Below, in pieces: positions 52,494 to 60,181 of a stretch of DNA of 64,000 nucleotides (its first letter is position 1; each line of letters opens with the position of its first letter). The translations under genes were made by a program, and so were the position numbers. The stretch spans positions 7,574 to 71,573 of the forward strand of contig CAZSTG010000003.1 of NCBI GenBank assembly GCA_964609895.1, written 5' to 3'. Origin of the DNA: an uncultured Gammaproteobacteria bacterium (GTDB taxonomy: Bacteria; Patescibacteriota; Microgenomatia; UBA10105; UBA927). The notes below the pieces were generated by a model. That model had not been told where the DNA came from, made no database searches, and saw nothing but the letters and a program-made list of their open reading frames with translations.

Positions 52494-52768
52494 TTACTCA
52501 TAATTCTTTGGTGGCGGAAAACTGTCTAAAAATACGAATAGATGATTATGTGCGTCAGGTAAGAAATAGTCTTAAAAAAGTTATTATAGAAGCTCAGATA
52601 AATGTAAATGGCGACAACATTAAACTTTGTGAATCAAATACAAGATTTGGCGGATCAAGATTATGGTTTGAATGTCCGTTATGTAAAAGGAGACGAGAGA
52701 TTCTATATATCAATTCAACAGGCAAAAAAATAGTTTGTCGAAAATGTATCAGATTAAATTATAAGTAA
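52490..52768 (+). CDS. Zinc-ribbon hypothetical protein
   Basis: FGGSRLWFECPLC.RR..ILY...VCRKC.RLNY (two CxxC). Confidence 0.7.
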   Translation: MITHNSLVAENCLKIRIDDYVRQVRNSLKKVIIEAQINVNGDNIKLCESNTRFGGSRLWFECPLCKRRREILYINSTGKKIVCRKCIRLNYK

Positions 52769-52846
52769 ATTGAATTGTGAATGGTTTGCAGTAATAATCT
52801 ATCGGGATATAATAGCGGTAGTGGGACATATATTTAAGATATTGGC

Positions 52847-54163
52847 ATGAAACAAAAACTTATTACCTTCATGTTTTTTTCTTGGTTGTCTTCTATTTTA
52901 TTCTTTATTGCATTAATTGTTTTAATGGTTATTGCAAATATAAGTATACAAAACCATATTGTTGCATGGATTTTATATATGGATATTGGATTTGGTGTTT
53001 TATCTTGTTTAGGATTTTTTACAAGTGTTTTATTAATACATGATCCTGCTTACCAAAAAAATTCAAAGAAAGTTAAACCAATTAAATTTATAACCACGGT
53101 AATAGCATTTATAATATTGTTTATTCTTGTCCCCCGTTTAATATCTGGTCGCTATTTACAAGCAGCCTCAGTATATGCACAAAATGGAGATAGTCAAAAA
53201 GCGATAAATGCTTATAAAAATGCTAAAATTGCGTTACGTTGGACTATTTCGGATACTTCTGAAGTAAAGAAAATCGATAAATTAATTGCAGAGACCCCAA
53301 CAGATTGTGTAATCAACGAAGTACAGGTTAAGGCTACAAAGGAAAAATGCGATGAGTGGGTAAACTATCTTAAAACATCATTAACTCCAACTCCGAAACA
53401 AACCACCTTTACTTATCCATGCACAGGAGGAAATTCAAAACAAACGATTTACGTAAAAGATAATAGTGACTGTCAACAAAATTATACAGATTGTGAACTT
53501 AATGATGGTACATGGAAAGTAATGGCAAAAAACGATTGTAATATTGCTCAAGGAAGAACTGGTTCAGGAGGAAAGATTGACTGTGTCGGACCAGATGGAA
53601 AACATCTCCAGTTAACACAGCAAGAGTGTGACAATTTTAATGCTGCTTGGGGAAAGCCTAGAAGTGGTGGTAATAATAATGCGACAACAAACGTGCGAAC
53701 ATCTGCGACAGCAAACATTAGATCAGCACCCGCAAATAATGGCATGATTCAGTGTTCTTATTCAAACGGAGAATATCAATATAACTATGGTTTTATCACA
53801 ATTGAAGAATGCATGGTAAAAAATAATCAGTATTGGGATTCATTAAAAGTACCATCAACCATAGGTTCAAATACTCAACCAACTACTACGCCATCAAACA
53901 ATCAAACTACAGTTAATACGTCAGCATGTTATAGCCAGTATAATGCAGATGTTCAAAGGGCAAATAGTTATGGAGGTAATGTTGGTGCAAGTATGAAAGA
54001 GATGGCACAAAATAATTTATCATACTGTTTATCCTCAGGAAATGTAACTGCAGTAGGAAATGTTACAAAAGAGCCACCAAGAGATGCGAATGGAAAACTT
54101 TGTTCTGACTATACATCTGAAGAGATGGTAATCGCATTATCAATGGGTTGTCCTTATCCCTGA
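52847..54163 (+). CDS. Membrane-anchored Cys-repeat surface protein
   Basis: 3 N-terminal TMs, a TPR-like helix pair, repeated paired-Cys modules and Thr/Pro/Asn linkers. Confidence 0.7.
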   Translation: MKQKLITFMFFSWLSSILFFIALIVLMVIANISIQNHIVAWILYMDIGFGVLSCLGFFTSVLLIHDPAYQKNSKKVKPIKFITTVIAFIILFILVPRLISGRYLQAASVYAQNGDSQKAINAYKNAKIALRWTISDTSEVKKIDKLIAETPTDCVINEVQVKATKEKCDEWVNYLKTSLTPTPKQTTFTYPCTGGNSKQTIYVKDNSDCQQNYTDCELNDGTWKVMAKNDCNIAQGRTGSGGKIDCVGPDGKHLQLTQQECDNFNAAWGKPRSGGNNNATTNVRTSATANIRSAPANNGMIQCSYSNGEYQYNYGFITIEECMVKNNQYWDSLKVPSTIGSNTQPTTTPSNNQTTVNTSACYSQYNADVQRANSYGGNVGASMKEMAQNNLSYCLSSGNVTAVGNVTKEPPRDANGKLCSDYTSEEMVIALSMGCPYP

Positions 54164-54371
54164 AACACATTAAGTCTTTTTTATCAGAAATCCTCTTTTC
54201 GACAAAGTTTTAACTTAAGTTTGTTTTAAAATATAGCCCATAATAATATTGCTATAGTTTGATCTAGATGAGTACTAGATTTGCTATCCCCTTATAGGGC
54301 GATAACGTACCTACTTCTTTTTTAGACTTCATATATAGGATAGAAAACCTATTTTTGATTGATTAACTGAT

Positions 54372-54542
54372 ATGAATTCCCAAGAACAAAAAACAATTGT
54401 TGTCAAAACCAAACCAAAGGTTCTCCCTGTGGAATGTCCAGTGTGTCACAACTTTGGAACAGTTGGATATGCACAAAAAGTCTGTCATGGCTGTGGAGGT
54501 AAGGGGTACATTCTTGTACCGGCTGAGGAGGCGCTACCATGA
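54372..54542 (+). CDS. 56-aa zinc-finger microprotein (not in the ORF track)
   Basis: MNSQEQKTIVVKTKPKVLPVECPVCHNFGTVGYAQKVCHGCGGKGYILVPAEEALP*. DnaJ-type CxxCxxxG motifs; ATGA overlap with the next gene. Confidence 0.7.
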   Translation: MNSQEQKTIVVKTKPKVLPVECPVCHNFGTVGYAQKVCHGCGGKGYILVPAEEALP

Positions 54543-55060
54543 TCTTCGAGAATTCACAATTTAGTTTAAATAACCAGTCATTATTAAAGGATAAGATTAT
54601 TCGGCACATACAAGAGCTAGGTGGTGAGTATGAACCCGAAAGCAGTCTAAGTTTGAGGGATCAGCTTTTTGTATGCGAATCTATCGTGGAAGCCCCACCT
54701 GTTAAACAAGTTGATAACAACGGAATGATAAGTGTTAATGGGAGTGTTAATGATAGCTATAAACGAAACGTTAACTTTGAGTTAACACAGAGTAAACTAA
54801 ACGTTGTTATTAAGTTAAAAAAATGTACCTACAAAACCTCTCCAAAAGATATTGCGATTTTTCTTGAACAATTTTTTATAGATTTTCCCTCCAAGTCAGG
54901 TCATTGGTTATATATAGCACAACATTGGACTCCAAGAACGATAGTCAGAGTCATAGAGAAATTGATAAAACTTGATTTTTCAGGGAGAGCTACTCTTCAT
55001 AATCCTGCTGGTTACTTTACATACCTAATTAAATTCAGAAAGAAACGGAGGAGTATATGA
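54539..55060 (+). CDS. Hypothetical protein, possibly replication-initiator-like
   Basis: N/V-rich linker followed by a helical domain ending NPAGYF.YLI, reminiscent of phage/plasmid Rep C-termini. Confidence 0.5.
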   Translation: MIFENSQFSLNNQSLLKDKIIRHIQELGGEYEPESSLSLRDQLFVCESIVEAPPVKQVDNNGMISVNGSVNDSYKRNVNFELTQSKLNVVIKLKKCTYKTSPKDIAIFLEQFFIDFPSKSGHWLYIAQHWTPRTIVRVIEKLIKLDFSGRATLHNPAGYFTYLIKFRKKRRSI

Positions 55061-55371
55061 ATACCAATGATAGCAGTAAACATTGCTATAGAATCATTCT
55101 AAGAGTGTGGAAGAACGGTGAAAACAGTAAAACGTACCGTACAACAAAATCCAAGCGTTTTTATTCAGTTGTTGAGGCGGAAGATTTTCAAAAAGCCTAT
55201 CTTAAAGTTTCTTACGGTAAAGACAAAACTAACTTCGGTAAGAATGAGGAATTTTATAACGATGGCGACTACATGACCAAGAAAGAGTTAATTGAGGCAT
55301 TCAAAGCCTTCACAGAGCAAAACCGAAGTACAGATAAGGGTTCTACGAGGAACAACTATCGAAACGGCTGA
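55057..55371 (+). CDS. Hypothetical protein
   Basis: 104 aa, ATGA overlap, GGAG upstream. Confidence 0.6.
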   Translation: MNTNDSSKHCYRIILRVWKNGENSKTYRTTKSKRFYSVVEAEDFQKAYLKVSYGKDKTNFGKNEEFYNDGDYMTKKELIEAFKAFTEQNRSTDKGSTRNNYRNG

Positions 55372-55553
55372 GGTTTGTGAGTGGGGATTACTAAGGAAAC
55401 TAGTCCCCACGAATGAGACCTTAGGAATGTTAAAATACTATCCTCTTTTGTGAAAATCTGAGGCTGAGTAAAATACTATCGGTCAGTACAAATTAGTTAT
55501 AGGGGAGCGTAGCCTCAGAATCAGGTCGCATTACAAGTATTGTACGACGTTAA

Positions 55554-55976
55554 TTAGTTTACTGGTTTTAGGTTATCGAGAAGTTCCATTTGTTTGCTTT
55601 TAAAATCGAAAGTAATGCGAAATCTATTAAAAAAACATTCATGACCAAGAATGATCGGAGTAGATGGTGGTAATTTGTCAGTAAAATAAAACGGACATAT
55701 TAATTTTGTATTACATACATAAAGTTGAACATTGCCTTTAATTGTTTGTATGGGTTGGTTATTAACACCCTTGAATTCTCTTGTTTTTGTAGGATCAAGC
55801 GTAAGGTTTAATGCTTTTGCTATATCAGTAATACAAAGACACGCATCAGCACCAGAATCTATAAGGGCGACGATAGATTGTTGTATTAATTGATGTGAAG
55901 ATGGATTGCCTAATCTAATCTGTATCCAAGGTTTATAGACATCTTGTTGTGGTGAAAAATATGGATATATCGCCAT
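55554..55976 (-). CDS. Retropepsin-like (clan AA) aspartic protease
   Basis: P.I.I.L, ALIDSGAD, ILG..FF..F.ITFD. Confidence 0.82.
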   Translation of the reverse strand: MAIYPYFSPQQDVYKPWIQIRLGNPSSHQLIQQSIVALIDSGADACLCITDIAKALNLTLDPTKTREFKGVNNQPIQTIKGNVQLYVCNTKLICPFYFTDKLPPSTPIILGHECFFNRFRITFDFKSKQMELLDNLKPVN

Positions 55977-55978
55977 AT

Positions 55979-56164
55979 CTAAGTAACAAATCCAAGATAA
56001 TTAGCAGCAGCGGGTACAAGTAAAATATCTTTTTGTAGTTTTGTCTTTTGGGTTATAGAATTAAACGATTTAGAATAAGCCACAACTTTATTTTGTTTTT
56101 TGTTGTAGGCAATCCAACCTGATTTATATTTTTGAAGGTGAGAAGTTAGATCAACTATTTTCAT
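55979..56164 (-). CDS. DUF5678-like small protein
   Basis: KYKSGWIAY.....VVAYSK; ends 2 bp before the protease gene; own promoter TTGACC-17-TATAGT. Confidence 0.6.
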   Translation of the reverse strand: MKIVDLTSHLQKYKSGWIAYNKKQNKVVAYSKSFNSITQKTKLQKDILLVPAAANYLGFVT

Positions 56165-56365
56165 ATATTCTTACTATATAGATTATATATCTTTTGGTCA
56201 ATTATACCACGATCTGGATTGTTAGAACAATAAAATATACTATTCAGTTAATCTATTTGATTTAATTTTGTTACTCTGATACATTCTTTTTGAAGACTTA
56301 AAAATGTATTGAATCACATTGGTATCTTTGGGAAAGATTGAAGCTAAGAAATAATCCTGTCCTAT

Positions 56366-56397
56366 AAATCCCCGCATTCCTCAGGCAGCGGAATTGA
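56366..56397 (+). repeat. attR (displaced original ftsZ 3' end)
   Basis: AAATCCCCGCATTCCTCAGGCAGCGGAATTGA encodes IPAFLRQRN*. Confidence 0.88.
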
Positions 56398-56492
56398 TGT
56401 TTGTTACATAAAGAATTTTTTTCTTCCTTGTTCTGCTTGGTCGGTCATCGTTTTTTTGAATGCACATACAGCAGATGTACATTCTTTATGTA

Positions 56493-56521
56493 TTGACTGT
56501 CATTGTTTTTAGAGCTACTAT
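56493..56521 (+). promoter_or_regulatory. Putative promoter of the RNR-like operon
   Basis: TTGACT (56493-56498), 17 bp spacer, TACTAT (56516-56521). Confidence 0.55.
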
Positions 56522-56555
56522 TGCGTTTTATGGCGTTCATATAAGCTATTTATAT

Positions 56556-58262
56556 ATGAAAGAATTCGTTACATCGAGCGGTGTAGAAAAAATGCTGCAT
56601 GAAGGAAAAATCATCGGCGATCATGAAAAACCACATGATATGTTTCGCCGTGTAGTTGATACTGTGTTTAACATCGAAAAACAATGGCAGAGTAGTCCGG
56701 AGGAGGTTGACAGGTACAGAACAGTATTTGAGAATCTGACCATCAGTAAAGCAATTTCCCTCGGCAGCCCTGTACTTACGAATGCCGGACGGGACGAACA
56801 TAATCAGTTTGCACTTTCTTCCTGTGTTGTTATACCTGTAGATTTAAGAAAAATTGATGAGGCGACGGTAAAAATTAAGGGATATTATCAACAGAACATG
56901 GGATCCGGTTTCGATTTTACTCCGTATGAAAATCCGGTTCAGTTGCTTTTGTGGCTGAATGAATTAGCAGATAAAGAAACGCAGACAGGACGATATGACA
57001 GATACATTGGAAACATCGGAAATCTTCACATTTCACATCCCAAAATACGGGAGTTTATTGGGGTGAAACGTACCAACAAAATTGCGCATTTCAATATTTC
57101 AGTAGATATTGATGACGCGTTTATGCAGGCTGTGAAACGGCACGATGTGTATCAACTGGCCGACGGAACATCCGTGGATGCGGCAACATTGCTTCACGAT
57201 ATTGCTGAAAGCGCGCATTATAACGGAGATCCCGGAATTCTATCTTTGGAGCGAATGAACAGAGATAATCCATTGAAAGAGGTTAGTCCGTATACATCTG
57301 TTCCTCCTTGTTCCGAAATGGGGTTGGCGCCGGGAGAAACATGTCAATTCGGATATATTAATCTGTCAAAGTTTGTTGTGGACGGACACATTGATTACAA
57401 GCGTTTATTTGTCGCATCATCCGTGATGACACGTGCTCTTGATAATGCCATAGAAATAGGAGTGTCCAGATATCCCGACATGGAAAGCAGCAGGTTGGCT
57501 TTGCTGAAGCGAAAGATTGGCATAGGGGTATGCGGATTGGCAGACACTTTCATTCAGTTGAATTTGCCGTATGGATCGGAAGAAAGTTTGCATGTTGCCA
57601 AAAATATGCTGTCCTGTATCAATTACGCATCTAAGGCAACATCCGTGACATTGTCTGAACAGCGCGGTTCCTGTCAGGCGATGCAAGACAGTGCACACAA
57701 TGAGTATTACCACGGGTTTATTGAGGAGCGGTATGCACACCATCCGACGGATATAGTCAGTACGGCCAACTGGGAACAACTTGCCGGATATATCAGAAGA
57801 ACAGGACATTTGCGTAATATTCTTACCACAGCGTTACCTCCGACGGGAAGAACGTCAATTCTTTTGGGGGTGACTCCAAGTATAGAACCATTGTTTTCAA
57901 CCCGATCATTGAATGAAAATACGCAGGCAGTTATTAATGATTTTGTTCATGCCCACGCCGATAACGGCGCATCGGATGCGGTACTGCATCGAGCAGAAAC
58001 AGAGGGAACGTTTCAAACATCACCGCTTGACGGTAAAGAAGTGTTAAGAACAGTGAAAGAGATATCCGCAAAGGAACAACTAGACATGATCGCTGCAATA
58101 TCCGGCGTGTATGACGAAGCAGTATCCAAAACGGTGAATTTGCCTCGTACCGCTACAGTAGATGATGTTGCTTCTATCTTTATGCACGCATATGATTTGG
58201 GTTTGAAAAATATATCCGTATACAGGGACGGCAGTTATGAAAACCAACCTGTCAGCTTATGA
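56556..58262 (+). CDS. Diverged class II (AdoCbl-type) ribonucleotide-reductase-like protein
   Basis: SP.L.NAG, LSSC, HP.I.EFI..K, FNISV, GDPG, PPCSE, ETCQFG.INL, RKIGIGV.GLAD, RN...T..PTG, IEP, SKTVNLP, GLK.ISVYRDGS. Start moved to MKEFVT at 56556 (568 aa). Confidence 0.85.
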   Translation: MKEFVTSSGVEKMLHEGKIIGDHEKPHDMFRRVVDTVFNIEKQWQSSPEEVDRYRTVFENLTISKAISLGSPVLTNAGRDEHNQFALSSCVVIPVDLRKIDEATVKIKGYYQQNMGSGFDFTPYENPVQLLLWLNELADKETQTGRYDRYIGNIGNLHISHPKIREFIGVKRTNKIAHFNISVDIDDAFMQAVKRHDVYQLADGTSVDAATLLHDIAESAHYNGDPGILSLERMNRDNPLKEVSPYTSVPPCSEMGLAPGETCQFGYINLSKFVVDGHIDYKRLFVASSVMTRALDNAIEIGVSRYPDMESSRLALLKRKIGIGVCGLADTFIQLNLPYGSEESLHVAKNMLSCINYASKATSVTLSEQRGSCQAMQDSAHNEYYHGFIEERYAHHPTDIVSTANWEQLAGYIRRTGHLRNILTTALPPTGRTSILLGVTPSIEPLFSTRSLNENTQAVINDFVHAHADNGASDAVLHRAETEGTFQTSPLDGKEVLRTVKEISAKEQLDMIAAISGVYDEAVSKTVNLPRTATVDDVASIFMHAYDLGLKNISVYRDGSYENQPVSL

Positions 58263-59074
58263 AAGAAATAGACGTTGCCATCATTGGGGATATCGCATGG
58301 AATGAGGATATTACTCCAGCCGGCAGAAGCATCTCTCCCGGAGGTGCTGCATATTATTCATCTGTGGGGGCGGCGCAGTTTACCGAACGCGTTGGTGTGG
58401 TTGCTCGGGTCGGTCAGGATTTTGATTTATCTTATCTTACCGAAAAAGGTATCGATACGGAAGGAATACTCGTATCCGAAAAGGAAAAAACATGCAGATT
58501 TGTGCTAACACAGCACGCGGATAATTCCAGAAATTTTACAGCGGATCGGGGGGTTGCCGGCATTGTGGAGACGGGAATTTTTCCTGCCTCGTATGCATCT
58601 GCCAAATATATACACTTACCCACGCAATTACCGTCACATGCGTTAACGTGGATTGACAAGCTGACGGAACACCCGAATGTTTCAGTGGACAGTTTTGAGG
58701 CGTTTGTTAAGGAATTTCCCGAAATGACGAAAGAAATGTTTCGTAAAGCTGCTCTTATTTTTACGAATGAGGATGAATATCAGACACTGATGCAGTTAGG
58801 TCAGGAAGCCTTCTCTTCGCCCGTAATTCTGAAAAAAGGGAAGCACGGTGCTGTATATATACATAAACATGATACAATTGTTGTCCCTGCACACGCGGTT
58901 GATCCGGTTGATACAACGGGCGCAGGAGATGTTTTAGCGGGTGCATTTTTGGCACAGCGTGCACAGGGTCGTTCTATTGAAGCGTCGTTACAACACGCCG
59001 TTGATTTGGCGTCACAATCGGTGACAGCGTTTGGTGTCGAACATATGCGTACTATAAGGAGGGAACATGTCTAA
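58259..59074 (+). CDS. PfkB/ribokinase-family kinase
   Basis: PGGAAYY, VGQDF, NEDE, KKGKHGA, DTTGAGDVLAG; ATGA overlap with the RNR-like gene. Confidence 0.92.
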   Translation: MKEIDVAIIGDIAWNEDITPAGRSISPGGAAYYSSVGAAQFTERVGVVARVGQDFDLSYLTEKGIDTEGILVSEKEKTCRFVLTQHADNSRNFTADRGVAGIVETGIFPASYASAKYIHLPTQLPSHALTWIDKLTEHPNVSVDSFEAFVKEFPEMTKEMFRKAALIFTNEDEYQTLMQLGQEAFSSPVILKKGKHGAVYIHKHDTIVVPAHAVDPVDTTGAGDVLAGAFLAQRAQGRSIEASLQHAVDLASQSVTAFGVEHMRTIRREHV

Positions 59075-59582
59075 TATGAAAGAAAACGGAAACCGTTCGG
59101 TTATACACACAATGACGGAATTTACGAGAAGTGTGTTGCAGGAGAATCTGGCAGCGTTGGAGAAAAAATATGCGGCCGATCAAGCTGCCATGGGCGCCGC
59201 CGTAGAAAAAGGCGATGAATATCATGATAATTTTGCATATGAACAAGCAACAAGAGATAGGGATATGACTTATACACAGTTATTGCAGGCAAAAGAGAGG
59301 TTGCGGGATGTTCAGATCATCAAGCCAAGAAGCGAAACAGACACGATCGGTATCGGAAACGCAATGACCATACGTTTCGAGGGTGAATCTGAAGATGAAG
59401 GGTTTACATTATTGGGAACGGAGGACGGAAACATCAAAGACGGATGGCTCTCGAATACCTCTCCTCTGGGAAGTGCCTTGTTCGGCAAAAAGGTTGGAGA
59501 TGTTATTGAATTTGTAGCAGGGGAAGGGGCACAAATAAAACATAAAATTACCGTTAAGAGTATCCGTCCCGGTGTCTTTTAA
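59067..59582 (+). CDS. GreA/GreB-family protein (variant tip motif)
   Basis: Coiled coil with GDEYHDNFAYEQA; C-terminal IG......F..LG..D.....GWLS..SPLG.AL.GKKVGD. Confidence 0.8.
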   Translation: MSNMKENGNRSVIHTMTEFTRSVLQENLAALEKKYAADQAAMGAAVEKGDEYHDNFAYEQATRDRDMTYTQLLQAKERLRDVQIIKPRSETDTIGIGNAMTIRFEGESEDEGFTLLGTEDGNIKDGWLSNTSPLGSALFGKKVGDVIEFVAGEGAQIKHKITVKSIRPGVF

Positions 59583-60181
59583 TGGCTTTTTTCTGCACGT
59601 ATTATCTGTGTGAGTGCACGTGTTGCTGATTCCGCTGTCTGGTGAGTATTGTCAAATGGGGTAATGTTCCAATGTAGAGTTTCTGCCCACGTAAGATACT
59701 TCAATTCCATGGCGTCCTGATTTTTCAGGCTTTCGATATCATCCGATGTAATGACATTTCTTTTCATCATCCGTTCTTCACGGACTTTATTATCAACGTG
59801 TATCAGAAATGCCATGGATGGTTTGGTTATCATTCGTCCTATCCCTGTCCATATGTTCATCCAAAACGGAGAAGCCCCCATACTGTCATGTGCTACCAGT
59901 GTCGTTAAGAGGGATCGGTCCTGAAAAACATCCTTATCGGTATTTTTTAACACCGGCTGAATGATCATCTGATCAACCCATACATTACTGAATGCATAAT
60001 ATAAAAGGCGCACGTTTGAGTTTTTTGTTTCATTAAAGGGTTTTCTGAACGTTCGCATCCAGTCGGGAGGACAATGAGTCAGTAAACCATCGTATTCTTT
60101 CGCGAGGTTTTCTGCGAGTGTTGTTTTTCCGCTCGCATCAAGGCCTTCCAGATTATATAATCCTCCCCGTTCTGTATTCAT
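59579..60181 (-). CDS. Thymidylate-kinase-family NMP kinase, CMPK2-like
   Basis: EGLDASGKTT P-loop, PP....FRK.F, R..YY..SN, DRS. Start moved to MNTER at 60181, which has TTGCAT-17-TATTAT 7 nt upstream. Confidence 0.82.
   Translation of the reverse strand: MNTERGGLYNLEGLDASGKTTLAENLAKEYDGLLTHCPPDWMRTFRKPFNETKNSNVRLLYYAFSNVWVDQMIIQPVLKNTDKDVFQDRSLLTTLVAHDSMGASPFWMNIWTGIGRMITKPSMAFLIHVDNKVREERMMKRNVITSDDIESLKNQDAMELKYLTWAETLHWNITPFDNTHQTAESATRALTQIIRAEKSH

Larger units (their letters stand above)
50707..56397. mobile_element. ~5.7 kb integrative element inserted in the 3' end of ftsZ
   Basis: Flanked by a 16-bp identical core AAATCCCCGCATTCCT (50707-50722 and 56366-56381). Integrase next to the left junction; visibly AT-richer than the flanks. 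Confidence 0.9.

Noticed and set aside
50707-56397. Complete prophage
   Set aside because: No recognisable capsid, terminase, tail or lysis genes in 5.7 kb.
56460-56555. Hydrophobic N-terminal extension on the RNR-like ORF
   Set aside because: Overlaps the predicted promoter; RNR similarity begins after the ATG at 56556.
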